Part shown: one piece after another, positions 48,240 to 62,160 of the stretch
Layout of the letters: every line of letters starts with the position of its first letter
Position numbering within the stretch: the stretch's first letter is position 1
Made by a program: the position numbers and the translations under genes
The notes under the pieces: generated by a model
Told to the model about the DNA's origin: nothing
Seen by the model: the letters and a program-made list of their open reading frames with translations, nothing else
Database searches by the model: none
Assembly (NCBI GenBank): GCA_964187785.1
Contig: OZ076410.1
Location: 15,066,001-15,130,000 of the forward strand
Direction of reading: 5' to 3'
Source of the DNA: Amphiscolops sp. MND2022
Lineage: Eukaryota
Length of the DNA stretch: 64,000 bases

Positions 48240-49075
48240 AAAGAAATGGCGTGTTTCCCAATCGATAGCCCTTGAGCGAAGACGTTGGTCCGTCCAGGCA
48301 TGATCTTTGATGTGAGATTGCCCTTCGCTCGCTTGGAATCAATTCAGTTTGTAAGAGGAAAGTAATGGTGCATAAGATGTTTGTAAACTTCCATAGTTGC
48401 ATAGTCGTAAACACAAAACACGACACCTTCCACCTGAACAAAAATGATTCGAATTACACTAGGGTACCAAAAAGGTTGGATATTACTGGACTCCATTTGG
48501 ATAACGAAATTATTGAAGGCTCAATATCTATTAAAGTATCTGAATAGAAGCAAAACGGAAAACTGGGCAAATAGTCGGCTGCCAGTTATTACAATACTTC
48601 TCACAGCTGCGAAGTTTCTGGAAAAGTACATTTGTGTGATCGGAATTGAGGAAAGTACCAGTGCAAATGAAGTTACTTATTTTCTTTGATATACGATGTA
48701 TGAATTTGGTTAATCTCACTGATGAATGGATTCATACTCATATCGGATTAGGTGCATTCGCGAAAATAATCCCTACAAATATAACATCGACCAGAAATTT
48801 CGGTTCGGCGTTAGATTTGGCTCTGAATGGGATGCTGAACACTCCACACATCCGGCTCAGAAATTCAGCAGCCGAGCTACGCTACGGTCGAACACCCAAC
48901 ACCGAAGTAAACAACGTTCAGCAACTAGATAACTTGAAACATCTCACGAAGAGTTTTATTTCACTCATCTCAACAGATATCTTGCAGGTATACCACGCAA
49001 TGAAACAGCTGGTTGGTCGGCTAGCAATGAAAGACAATGAAAGTAACAAACGCTGTCAGTGTAATCATTTTAATT
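48240..49075 (+). pseudogene. Heavily decayed LTR-retrotransposon integrase fragment
   Basis: LNTPHIRLRNSAAELRYGR resembles the gypsy integrase RNTPHS.TG.SPAELLFGR motif; upstream frames broken. Confidence 0.45.
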
Positions 49076-49082
49076 TCTAAGA

Positions 49083-49905
49083 GAAACAAGCCGGGACCGG
49101 CCCAAGTCGGCGCCATATCTGGGCTCAAAAATAGCAAAAGGATTTCAAAGTGTCGAAGTAATCTCATCTACAGCACAAGAAACACTTTTTGAAAAAAGTC
49201 TCGCAATGCCGAAAAAAACTGAAAGGGGGACCCTTTGGCCTCGTCCGGTATTGTATTTTACGCGGGAACCCTTTTGGGTTCAGTTCCTTGCGCCAACAGG
49301 TACAATTTGGCGTTTTCCTAAAATTTTGTAGAACTTTTGGTGCAATTATTTTGGTCACTTCAGGTGTATCGAAAAAAAATAAAAAGCACTGACGAAAAGC
49401 CATGACTATAGTCGACTCTTTTCTTGAGAAAAGGGCCGACTAAAAATCCATATATTAACAAGACGGGAACGTCTAAAGTCGGTGCTATATCTAAGGCTCA
49501 AAAGAGCGCAAAGTTATTATATTTGTCAAAGGGGGGACCCTTTCGACTTTTTGAAAATCAAGTCTGTTGCAAAATATCAAAAAAATTGAAGAGGGACTCT
49601 CTGGAGACATTAAAAAATTTCGAAAAATTTTTTGAAAAAAATTTTCGAAAAAAACGAAAAATGAGAATTTTGAAACAGTCTCACAGTGCCGAAAACTAGA
49701 AGGGGGACCCTTTGGGCTGTGTGAAACTTCAGTTTGCTGCAGAATATCAAAAAAGTTGAAGGGGGACCCTTTGGCGACAAAAAAAATTCGAAAAAAGTAG
49801 CACAGTGCCGAAAAAAAATTAAAAGGGGGAACCCTGTAGTCCCGTCCGGTTTCGTATCTTAGGTTAAAAATTGAGTACACGAAAGGGGGGACCCTTTGCA
49901 CTAAC
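49083..49905 (+). mobile_element. Cluster of Helentron/DINE-1-like non-autonomous repeats
   Basis: Two AACAAG...AAGTCGG(C/T)GC..TATCT heads (49084, 49458) and repeated AAAGGGGGACCCTTT subunits; inverted relative at 10880-11108. Confidence 0.55.
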
Positions 49906-50197
49906 TTAGATGCGATTCCGCTTGCCGGTCCAGTACTTTAGTAGTTCTGTAAAAAGTGTCCAGTACGCATACATTCTGTGGTCTGACGAAAAAAAAGAAA
50001 AAAAAACTCGCCACTGTAATAGTCGGGCTCATTTTGATAAAATGCGCCTACTAAAAAACTGCCCTAACTGTTGTTTCTGGACGGGTGACCACCTCTGATT
50101 ACTTGAATCCCATAGAAATATTGGAAACAGTGTTTCTGATTTTGTAGTGGATGCAGAAAACGGAGGATCGGGATTGTGGGTTCGGAATGCAGATTCG

Positions 50198-50214
50198 TGA
50201 CGTCACTAACCAAT
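50198..50214. promoter_or_regulatory. CRE (TGACGTCA) next to a CCAAT box
   Basis: TGACGTCA 50198-50205 and CCAAT 50210-50214 in a locally GC-richer patch; no downstream gene identified. Confidence 0.25.
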
Positions 50215-50356
50215 AAAGGAGGCCCAGAGCATCTATCTTTCAGTCAGACAGCGACCCAGAGAGATTAATTTCACCTCCGAAACAAACGACTGTCGTGATA
50301 GAAGTACGAGAGAGTACGGCTGCCTCTACTATGAAAGGAACGGTAGGTCCAGGACG

Positions 50357-51287
50357 TACGGCGACAACTCATATCAATTCGAAAAAGCGACAACTCATAT
50401 TAGGCGACAACTCATATCAAATCGAAAAAGCGACATCTCATATCAAGAGACAGCTCATATCAATTCGAAAAAGCGAAAACTCATATCAAGGGACAACTCA
50501 TATCAAGAGACAACTCATATCAATTTGAAAAAACGACAACTTATATCAAGCGACAACTCATATCAGGCGACAACTCATATCAATTCGAAAAAGCGACAAC
50601 TCATATCAAGCGACAACTCATATCAAGAGAAAACTCATATCAATGTGAAAAAACGACAACTCCTATCAAGCGACAACTCATATCAGGCAACCACTCATAC
50701 AAATTTGAAAAAGCGACAACACATATTAAGAGACAACTCATATCAATTCGAAAAAGCGAAAGCTCATATCGAGTGATAACTTATATCAATGCAATGAAAA
50801 CTCATATCAGAAAATTAAAATCTGTTTAACAAAATTTAATCCAAATATTTCATTCGATAATTAGAGAAATTAGATAACTGATAAGTAAGTATTGGAAATT
50901 ATCATATTGTAACAAGATTTCATAGGAAATGTCAATGTAATTTAGATATTTTTAATTGCAGTTGATTATAAGCCGTTCTTGAAGTAAAATTTAGGCATTT
51001 GTAACCTATCGTCAAACTTCATTGATTTGTCGCTTTTTCCTAAGTGATATGAGTTGTCGCATGATATGAGATGTCGCTTGATATGAGTTGTCGCTTGATA
51101 TGAGTTGTCGCTTGATATGAGTTGTCGCTTGACATGAGTTGTCGCTTGATATGAGTTGTCGCTTTTTTCTAATTGATATGAGTTGTTGCTTTTTCCTAAT
51201 TGATATGAGTTTTCGCATGATATTAGTTGTCGCTTGATATGAGTTGTCGCTTGATATGAGTTGTCGCTTGATATGCGTTGTCGCTAT
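50357..51287. mobile_element. Foldback-like element: two inverted arrays of a ~17-bp GCGACAACTCATATCAA unit around an AT-rich spacer
   Basis: Plus-oriented array ~50360-50810, minus-oriented array ~51013-51285. Confidence 0.8.
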
Positions 51288-52406
51288 GCCGGTCGAGGAA
51301 CGCAGGTCAAAAGTCATGCGACACATTTCGAGCATCAACTTTACGTCGGTCAGCATCGCCGGGAAACTGCGCGAGCTCGGCTGACAAACATCGTCACGGA
51401 GAACATGACTGACTCGGAAGTGAACCGGGTTATAGAAGACGAGGTTTCACGGTAAAGTAGACGCTGACTTCCATTTTACAGATGAGGCCCCAAAAGATAC
51501 AATTCGTTTGAAGTTTACATTGTGTCGCATCTCTCACGATGCGATGGTTCCGCACTGCAACCATAGAACAGGGACAGGTGAAGAAACCCAATAAAAAACC
51601 TTTTAGGCTCCATTAAAACTTGTCTCAAGGATGTTTTGCTTAGTCATGTAATTTATTTGTTTACTCTCGATTTTGGGCTATTTTCTAGGTCCTCCAAAAA
51701 TGTCTTTGCTCATTTGTATTTCATTCATGAAATGTGCAGAAAGATTACATAAGCATGATTATTCTGTGATTCTTGATTTTGTATTATACGTAATTAAGCT
51801 ACAATCAGCATGATAAGCGCTACGACGAAAAAGCATCAATAAGCGCTTTGCAAAGACCAAAAATGCGTCATTATACATAAAATGACCTTACGAACAAACG
51901 TCAGTTTGCGTAAAATAATTTTTGAGTATGCGTCACTAATCGTTTTTTGAATATGCCCTAATATACGTCTTTAGATAATCCGGATATGTGGTAACATACT
52001 TTTTTTATCATATTTAGTATACATTATCATGCGGCTCAAGCAGTGACAACATACGTCACCATACGTTTTTCATAATAAAACTGCAAGCTACCATACGGAT
52101 TGAATTATAATGTACATGCTTTACTCTTCGTGTGTGATAATATTGATCACGTGTGTCATACGTCATCCTACGGTTTAGGGTATACCGTATATGCGGCATT
52201 ATGCATTTTTCAGTCAAAAGTGCAGTGTTTGAACGTCATGTAGTTATATTATCATCAAATAGCATTTGTGGTGTTTAATATACCAATTTGCAGTATTTTC
52301 CTAGGGTCTTGAGACCAGTTAGTCACGTTTACATCGTTGTGAAAGCGATATAAATAGAGATACGTAAATCTGACGCTATTCTAATTTTGGGTTTTCCAGG
52401 GTGACA

Positions 52407-55400
52407 CTTGGCATGATACTTGTAAAAATGATTGTCATTCTTTTATATTTTTGGAAAGAGAATCTGTAAAAGCATGGGACACAAAAGAATAACTACCGCC
52501 AAAAGTAGTCGAAACAAGTTCTACCAGCTTTTGTTGAAGTTCTGCAGTTTTCATCATCTTCTTCCAAGTTTGGATTCTCAATTCAATAAAATAATTCAAA
52601 TTCTTCCCCAGCAAACATAACTTGTTTTCTACTGAGAGAAATGGGAAATTAGAGAAACCGAAGATCAAGTAGACTGGCAACTCCATCTCCTGACAGAGAA
52701 GCAAATGAAACCAGAGTTGATTCCTCAGAAACAAGTAATATAATATACTAATCTGAATGTTCAAGAAAGTTTAAATGAACCTTCTTTGGAAAACCAGCTA
52801 AGAGAACTTGGTCATATTAGTGACTAGATTCAAGTTTGGACACAGATTGTTGAAAAGAAAAACACTGAGAGAATAGAAAAAATGAAAGAAGAGATGGATA
52901 AAAAAAACTTGAAGCAATTTTGAAAGAGATAAAATACAACAAAAGTGTGTCAACAGTAACAAACCCAAGATCAGTTGTTAATTAGATACAAGAACCACAA
53001 CCTTCGGGATCCAGAATAGATCCGTCTATAGGAGTTCGCGCATCTGATAACGAAAATTCGGATTCTGAAACTGACGATTATCATCTAAGAGCTTCGAAAA
53101 TGAACGACTTAAAACATCCCGCAAGACCATTATTCCAAACTGTATCTGACGTGGACGTAACAATACATTTGAAAGAAGAATCAGACGTAGAGGATTTTTA
53201 CATAGTGAAAGGAGTCAACTGACAACTCCATAGACAAAGCTCACAAAACGGAACGACACAATAAGAAGATCAATATCAGATCAAAAATTGTCGAATTTGA
53301 CAACAAATCCACCTGACCCAGTTAAACAGATTGCACTAGCAATAGAAAAACTAGCCAACAAAAACTCACCACAGTCTTTATTTCATCCTAAAAACACACT
53401 CACATTCAACGGGACAAACGAGAAAAATGAGAAATCCGAATACTTTGAGAATTTATCTCACACAACACTCCGAATGCAACCAATGCAGATTGCCCCAAAT
53501 TAGCAGAACGGCGTAAACTGGAGGAAGACCCGGACGCAGCAAAATGACAAAACTGCAACACACCAGGTCATGAAGAAGAAAACTGCTACTTCAGCGCCAA
53601 CATGGAAAACCGACCACCGAAGTGGAAATCACGGAGCCCAACAAAAGGTTATCGAAGCATACAAACAAGCTCGAAACCCGATAAAACCAAAAACTAGAAT
53701 CGCCACGCTTTTACATAAGGTCACCACAAAAACCAAACTCTGCAGATGACTGGCAGCATCCGCCGAGCCCAAAACCTACGCATACTGCAGTGCATGAAGC
53801 TGACTCAACAACACAAAATCTTCAACACCTAACACCAGAAGCTCAATCTGAAGACATAGATGAACTCTTGTATGACGCACCAGACAACTACTTTACCAGT
53901 TTCTTTGTTAGGTTCATTTGCAAGCAACTTGATTTTATTGAGGTCTTGTTCGGAGATTGCACTTGTGAGGGCTCCGGTGTCAATAAGATCATCAAGTGTG
54001 AGTTTCTCGGTGGACTTCGAAAAACTCACACTTGATGGTCTCATTGACACCGGAGCCCTCACAAGTGCAATCTCCGAACAAGACCTCAATAAAATCAAGT
54101 TGCTTGAAAATGAAGCTATCAAAGAAACTGGTCATCCACCAAACTTCCAAATCATGGTGGCAAATGGAAAATTAGAAGTCCCAATCGGCACAGTACTACT
54201 CGAATTCGAAGTGGTTGTCTTCATGTTGAAAGAAAACTTCATTATAATGAAAAACCTACCAAACCCACTTATCGGGTTGTGCTTCCTACGAAGGAATAAT
54301 GCAGTTTTTGATGTCAACCAAGGCATCATAGCCTTTCCCAACCTTTCAATGCAACTCAAACGAGACACCCAAACATCAATCCGACCCGCAACACCCTTGT
54401 TTGTAGAAAATACCTACACGTTACGGCCAGGCGAAACACTCGCCATTGCAAGCAAAATGGTACATTGGATGGATCATGACGCAACTGGAATAGTCACCCC
54501 ATCTCAACAATTTGAAAATCACGACAGCATATCTATCACATATCTATCATCGTTAAGTACCGTTAACTGTTAACAACATTGCCATCGGATACCAATTCAT
54601 TAACTTTTCCGAATTACCATACACAATCACACTTGACAACTTTTTAGCGGATTTCAAGATTCTCACACCAGAACAAATCAAACATATTCAGCCAGGCGAT
54701 CCAGCGTTATTATCCTTCATGATACAACATGAAGAAATAACGGAGGTCTACACAAATGAACTCCTAAAGGTTCCACAACCAAATTCAGAACACGAAACAT
54801 ACTGGTTCCCAAAACCCTGAAGAACCAGGCGATCCAGCAACATATACCCCAATCCAGGAAACCTATCTACAATGAACTTCTCGAACTTAAAGAAACTAAA
54901 CTTAAAGAACTCGAGAAACTAAACCCACATGATAATGAAACTTCCAGAAAAGACTTTCTTTCACGTTTTGATTGGTCTGATACAACACTCAACCCAGACG
55001 AACGGAAAGAAATCGAAGATATTCTCATCGAGTTCCACGATTTTTTTTGCTAGACATCGTCTGATATCGGCATAAATCGTGACTTCAAAGTAAAACTCAC
55101 ACCCAATGATGTCAAACCTGCTTACAGCCAAAGTCTGCCAACTCCATTTAACCTCAAAGATGATATCACAGTAAAACTCGCACTCCGACACAAGTATGGT
55201 ATCATTACAGCCCTACGCTTCTCCAAAGACGCAAGCACAATCTTTGCACAACGCAAACCCAATGGGCGTCTCAGACTTCTAGTCGACCTCCGAAAACTTA
55301 ACCGAATCTCATTACCAAAGATTACGTCAATAACAACCACCCGGTAAGCACCTTATCTGATGCAGCCCAACACATGGCAGGGAAAAACTATTCTGCGAAT

Positions 55401-58370
55401 TGGACTGCTCTTAGTCTTACCACTGCCTCCAAATGGCAGACCACCAATCTATTCAAATGCTTGCTTTTAATTTTGCAAGTAGAACATTCGCTTATCGACG
55501 GCTTTCCCAGGGTCTCAGCAGATCACTTTCTGCATTCGCAAGCTTCATGAGAGACTACCTGGATAAGGCAATTAAAGCAGACCAATTCGCCTATTATGTC
55601 GACGACATCGGCATAGCAGCTAATGACACAAAAAAATTGTGTACAAACATCAGAACAGCCTTCGAATGCAAAGAATGCATATGCAATACGGGATTGAAAC
55701 TCTTCATGTCGAAGTGCCATTTTGGAGTTAAACAAGTTGACTTCCTGGGACGTACAATCACACGAGATGGAGTTGCCCCACAAGCCGACAAAGTAAGACT
55801 TCCCCACAAAGCTTCGTTTCCCTAAATGAAAAAAGGCATTACAGAGGTAGATCGGATTTTTAAAATATTACCGAAACTACATTCCACACCTTTCAGAACG
55901 GCTCACCCCGTTTTTCAAACTCCCTAAAGAAACTTCCAAGTTTTATGTTCCAACAAATTTGGTAGACGACTTCGCAAACCTGAACAAACTCCTTAAAAAT
56001 TCTGGAACAACCACTAACAAAACTCATTAGTTATGTGTCAGAGCAGCTGCTGGATATGCAATTATGCTAGAAGATGACCCGAACCAAAAGCTTCAACCCG
56101 AACTCAAAACATATGCACCTATAGCAAAAACCGAACAAAAACTTTTAACCCAACTCAGACTAAAATGTCAATTTATGCGGAAGAATTCCTTTCCATATAT
56201 TTCGCATTTGTTCAATTGGGACACCTTATGTGGGGAAGCACTTTTCCAGTAATCGTGTTCCCCGACAACCGTTCAGTAACTGGATTTTGTAAACAAAAAT
56301 GATCTCCCAGCACTTTGGAACGCTTGCGATTATGTATTGCAGTACAATTTCGTTATGGCCCATGTTGCTGGTTCAATGAACACAGCCTAAGATTTTTTAT
56401 CCAGAACAGAAGTAGATCCATCAGAAAATCTTGAAATGACTATTCGCAACGATATTCACACACAAGCAATTGAAGTGAATATCCAGTCAACAGGCATCGT
56501 CGAAGAAGAACAAATCTACATTCTCCCAGACGATGAAATTGACGAAAATCAACTTTGAAAAACAAAACGAACGAAATCAAGCCCAAACTGAAACCTACAA
56601 CGATCCAGGAAATGCTGTCTCTGAACTACAACAATTTCACAAACCGACATCAAGGTTGATTACGGTATCATCAGTATCGTATCAGTACCGTATCAGTACG
56701 GTATCATGTTTTGACGAGAATGAACTGTCATCAGACTACCGATACCAGCACTACTTACAAAACATAACAAGAATAGAGAATAAACAAGAGGTCCTACAAG
56801 GAAATATTATACGGATACTTGAACAGTATCTAAATACCAAATCCTCCTTCGAATCCAACCAATAGATGAACTTCTTCAGGCCCTGCATGGTCATAATTCA
56901 AACCATCCAGGTATCACCAAGGTGATACAAGAAGCAAGACAAAAAATTACTACCCATTTATAGCTAAATACAACGAAAAATGGGTCAGTAATTGTCGAAT
57001 TTGTATTCAAACAAAACGAATTAACAACGAACTCCTTAATTGTCCAGAATGGGATCTCGGTCAGGAAGACATCCTACAAATGGATACTTTACAAAACATC
57101 CCCCCGAGTGGAGGCTTTGACCATATCATCACTGCAATGAACGTCTTCTCGAGATACTTGTTTGCTTATCCCATAACCCGCATCACTGCGACAGCAGTAT
57201 CTAGAGTCATCATGGATATACTATGCAAACACACCTACCTACCAACAACAATAATCACGGATTTAGGAACCCAATTCAATGCACAAGTAACTCATGAAAC
57301 CGCTGCAGTGCTTGGAATTGAGCTGAAACATGCAACAATGAAACATGCCGAAGCAATAGGACTCATTGAGAGAACCCATGCATCAGTAAAAACACACCTA
57401 AAAGGTGCAACAGGCGAGTTTAGGAACAACTGACATAAAAAAATCCCTTTGGCAATCTTTAATCACAACACCATATACCATGTATCACTCGGTTGTGGGC
57501 CTTCACGAGTCTTCCATGGTCGGATACTTTATATTTTCCTAGACTATAAACTTGGATATAATCCTAACCCGAGATATCAACCACAAACTGACATAGCTGA
57601 AGAAATCCATAAAAGGATGAAAATTCTTCTCGACAAAACAAAGAAGAATATCATGCAATCTTATCTCAAGTATAAAGCCTACTATGACAGAAACGCAAAA
57701 GCAGCACCGCTTGAAACAACGGACTATTGTTACAATCTCAATCCAAAAGCTGATACACAAGCAACAAAAATACCATTCCGAGAATTCAGATGGTGTGGCC
57801 CATATAAGGTAGAAAAAATGCTCCCTATCAATAACTTTATTGTCCGGAGACTTGGAACTAACAAGACGCAACTATTACACAGTCTTCGTCTGCGAAAATT
57901 CACTCCACCGCCCCATTAGCAGACATTTTTGTCCGTGAAACCGATTGGCAAAAAGTTGACGAAATACCTATAGCAAATGATGATCTCTATGCCCAATATG
58001 GAACACGAATTTTTGTTCAAACCCCTTCGATGACGGTCCTTTAGAGCATTCACAAAATACTGAGGACACAGAACACGTCCCAAATCAAAGACATGAGGAG
58101 AACTGCCCTCCTTCCCCAGGATCTTCAGAAAAGAGTAGACCACTGAACGTGAAGAAAAAAATTACAATGAAGTTCCACACGAAACTTATGATGTTGAGAC
58201 AGAAAATTCCTAAAAAACACCAAAAAAGTACACTAGATATACGAACTCAAAAAACCCCAGAAAATTCTGAAAAAAACCCATAGAAAGAAGAATCCATAAA
58301 TACTCGTGGTGAAAAAAAATAACCTACGTCCTAACCCTAACCCTAACTACTGAGACTCTTACAGATACTA
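52407..58370 (+). mobile_element. Decayed Ty3/gypsy retrotransposon gag-pol
   Basis: Gag remnants; protease LIDTGALTSAI; RT LDCS..YH, YVDDIGIA; RNase H; integrase PPSGGFDHIITAMNVFSRYLFAYP, ITDLGTQF; GPY/F-like FRWCGPYKV; ends NLRPNPNPNY; gypsy domain order; candidate LTR end TGACA-CT-TGG at 52402-52411. Confidence 0.9.
53895..54132. repeat. Inverted duplication (hairpin) of the gypsy protease active-site region
   Basis: ~115-bp arms 53895-54009 and 54018-54132, about 6 mismatches, 8-nt loop GTGGACTT. Confidence 0.95.
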
Positions 58371-58545
58371 AAAACTGCAGACCCGAAACTATCTTCGTTT
58401 TCCTTTTTTTCCTATAGTGCAGAATTTAATATGCTCCACACACCAAGTCACCTGTAATCCGGTGCAGTATTAATAAACGATAAACATAGAACAATGAGTA
58501 ATACAAACAAAACAAGCAAGTATACTAAAAATACAGAAAGTCCAC

Positions 58546-59660
58546 TCAATTCTTCTTGCCTTTTGGCACTTTGCTCTTCGCCCCTTTAGCGGCAGAATCA
58601 ACTACATCGCATCGAGGCACAGATAATGTAGCTCTTCCCAAGAAGGACCGGGGAGAAAGAGATCCAGTGCTACTGGTTGATCCACTCCTGCAATTGGGGT
58701 CACTTTCGGCAAGCAAACACAAGGTCTCTGGTTTCGCAACAGCTACTCGATAGAAGGACTCAAGCTTGTTCAACAAATTTAGACCTCGAGAGGCACTTCC
58801 TTTCAGAAAATTCCAATTGGAGAATTTCTTGTCACGAAATAAATCCTGACCCTCTCCCAACAGACGGAATACTCGGCTGACAGAACCGGTGTCTCAATAT
58901 AATCTAGGCACACTTGGCACTGCGGTGTCTGAAGTCATCTGAAGACTGTGGACACAGGACTGAAAAGTTCCTTTGTCACAGGTTCAAGCTCAGGATTAGG
59001 AACCACAAAAGGCTCTGGGAAGCCAAGCCGTGTGGGGGGGGGTAAACTGAGACTCGCATATCGGAAGACCTGATGATATTGGCGGCTACTTTGTAGCTCG
59101 TAGTGACTGGCCAGAAAATGAATTCAATCTGCCGTATCAATAACGCGTATGGCACACAATTTAATGACGAATGCTCCGTATTGGCTCACAACATTGGCCT
59201 TGTCACTAACGGTTATCCACCCTTTTACAAGGAAATGACTTGGAAGGTATTCTATAGCCGAAGTGTAATGTTTTTCAGACCCGTCTAAGATAACAGCTGA
59301 ATCAAAACTGGCTAGTCCGCGGACCAAATCAGATTTGATGATGTCATGTGACAACAGAATTCCACAAAAGGATTTGCAAAAAGTGATCGTCTGCTCAACG
59401 AACTTGCTCGACCTTGGCAGTTTGCTCCTTACCACAAGACGGTGATAGTCGGCATTTAATACGAATTCATCGGGAGTCTTGGAAGGTAGATCCGTTCGAC
59501 TGAAATCAAGTTTGAGACTATGGTCCCAATCAGAAATATCCCGAAGAACATTATCTGGAAGATATTTTGCAGCTGACTCTACACAAAAACGGCGAATTGA
59601 TTGTACAATCTGAATCCCGAACCGAATTGGGAAGTGACTTCAGAGAAATTGGAATTGTCT
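58546..59660 (-). pseudogene. Antisense ORF relic 3' of gypsy pol, unknown function
   Basis: Frameshifted but protein-like reading: AAKYLPDNVLRDISDWDHSLKLDFSRTDLP...VVRSKLPRSSKFVEQ...; ends AKGAKSKVPKGKKN*. Confidence 0.55.
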
Positions 59661-59819
59661 GAACATAACCAGATAGTTACAATGGGAACCTGAAACGTAC
59701 TAATCCTATATTGCTTAAGCTAAAAAAAGTGCAATCATGTCAATGAAAGGAGAAAATTGCATACACGTCACGTTTGAAACAGTAAATTTTGCGCTTTTAT
59801 ACAACTTTTCCTGTTTGCA

Positions 59820-60185
59820 CTACGTCGTTATACGGTTTTGGAGTCTTAATTATACGGCATTATGCGGAATTCATTATGCAGACCATTCGTCATCATACGG
59901 ATTCTACTTATGCGGCACTATACTGAAATCATACTGCCAACTATACGTCATTATGCTGATTTCAAGTCCTAACTATGCGGCATTATGCTGAAATCATACT
60001 GACGATTATGCGTCACTATGCTGATTTCAAGTTCCCATTGTGCGGTTTTATACTGGAAACATACAAGCGATCAGTCATCACTATGCTGATTTTAAATTCT
60101 GACTTCGTTGCCATGACGAAATCAATGTGCCACCTATTCGTCGTTATACGCATACTGAATACTGATTATACATCACTATGCGGAA
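59820..60185. repeat. Degenerate minisatellite of TATGCGGCATTATGC-like units; related blocks at ~51880-52210 and ~62530-62830
   Basis: Recurring ATACG/TATGCG(G/T)CA motifs at roughly 30-bp spacing. Confidence 0.6.
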
Positions 60186-60199
60186 TTTGCAATGACGAG

Positions 60200-62160
60200 C
60201 AACCGGCACTCCTCGAGAAGGAAAAAAATTCCCGCAGACGAAGGTTGGGGAAGGCTAAAATCTGAGGAAACTGCACGTGCTACCTAAAATAACAATCTTA
60301 GCTACAAAAGCGATGAGATGCTGTAAAGAATGAAGTCTTAAGGCAGAATCCAAAACTTGGGGGAACCTCTTATCAAAAACCTATCAAACGAGTTACAAAA
60401 GACACTAACAATGATCCAAGATGCAACGGATGACAAACAATCTCGCGAGATATGATGTGTCGAGTCGAAAGCATTCGTCTAAGGTGTTGGGCTACAACAA
60501 GAACTAGATGAATTAAATCGTGAAGCATTAAAACAAGATGTTACCTTGTGAAGTACGGGAAGAGCCTGAAGCAGTCTAATGCAGTACGCAGTTTCATGAG
60601 GAGGTAATCCAATACGGATCGGAAATCATGTCTCTCTAAAATCCTAACAGAGGAAGGCAATGACATTTCTCGAGATCCTTTGGTTCGAAACAGTCGATGG
60701 CATAGGAACGTAAATTGCCAGGCAACGCAGAAGTGAGGCTACCATCTAAATGATCAGGGCACCCAATTGAACAGATGCAGGAGGGTGCAGTCTCAAATAA
60801 ACTGACCTGCTCATTAAGGAAAGTTCAACCCGGCACACGCGGCACCACCACTTTTAGGGATTCGTGTGCCGGTCAAGTGAGCCTGTTGCAAAAAATTTTA
60901 ACACAGGATGTTTTCTCATCATGCTGGACTTCAGTGAGTATTGTGGGCGCTGTCTTTTTCCCTTGGCAATAGGAACATCTTCACAGCTAGAATACAGCCC
61001 TGTGTCATCCACAAGTTGGGGGGCATTGCTGGTGCTCGGAATGTTTCGTAAACGTCCTGTAGGCGATTGTGGGGCATCCTCAATCACGCTGAGTTGAATG
61101 CCGTCTGTGGCTACTCCAGGAATTTCAGCGAGAGCAGATTGTGGGATTCTCCTGTGGGAAAGCCAAATTTTCCTGCCGAGTGACTACAATACTTTGCCCA
61201 GCAACAGCGGAACTCTCAATGGTTGTAGTGTCAGGCGGACGGCTGTCAAGGGTCATTTCCATATCTTTCGCTGCGACAGGATCTTCGTTTGTCGGAGGAG
61301 GCTGCGGATTTTCAGGGTTTATTGGAATATCTTTCCCCATCAAGAAGGATGTAAATCGTGGAGAGGTAGTCTGAGCAACCCCGGCATAGGAAGTTTCGGT
61401 CTCCATAATGGGCCCGGATGTTCCAGGTAAATCCTTTACGATCCAAGACGACAAATCAGGAAGTGGAGTATCTTTTCCTTGATTGGTAGTTTGTGAAGCA
61501 AAAGCCCCAGTAGCTCCAATAACTTGCACACTTTCATCATCTCCATCCACATTATCTGAATCCTCAATGAAGAGTAATGAAGGGGAAACAGAAGCATTCA
61601 GTTCATGTGCAGTCTCCTGGACGATCTCGTCCTTGTTCAGAGAAGGGTCTGTCGTGACAAACTTGTCGGGAGTACGAAAGTTGTGGGTTGGAGTCAAAAC
61701 ATTTTCAAGGGGGTTATAAACCTTAGCAGGAGATTTCTCGGTTGTCTGGGCAGCCGGCTCAGGATGAACTGAAACAAACCTATTTTCTGTTGATGGACAA
61801 AAAGTGAACCAGACAAGCAGTTTCCGTAAAAAGAACGACTGAAACCGGACGCAATTTGTGGAAGTCCTAATTGGGCGGAAGCGACTTGAAATCAAACCGG
61901 AAGTGGATACGCTTCTAAAAATCAAGATTAAAATTGTGATCGAAAACAAGTAGATCAATATCCTTGGTAGCCTGGCCAGCTATCCAAGTTGAAATCCCTA
62001 TCTGATCAGGAAAAATTCAAAGAAAACTGACTTGTCCAAATCAGAAAAAGATATTAAAACTCACCAGGAGAACTTCCGGTGGGCATTTGAAACCCATTCT
62101 GATGGATTGTTGCTGTGGAGCAGATTGTTGATCACTTTTCCAATTACTAGATGAATCCAT
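60200..62160 (-). pseudogene. Second long antisense ORF relic, unknown function
   Basis: ATG near 62160 (MDSSSNWKSDQQ...GFKCPPEVLLVSFNIFSDLDKSVFFE), alternate-frame KRIHFRFDFKSLPP, S/T/P-rich middle (track ORF 61125-61958), RILERHDFRSVLDYLL near 60600. Confidence 0.55.

Noticed and set aside
50360-51285. CRISPR-like repeat array
   Set aside because: Units are adjacent with no unique spacers, the context is eukaryotic and no cas genes are present
58328-58347. CCTAACCCTAACCCTAAC as an interstitial telomere
   Set aside because: It is in frame with the gypsy pol C-terminus (RPNPNPNY) and is explained by coding sequence
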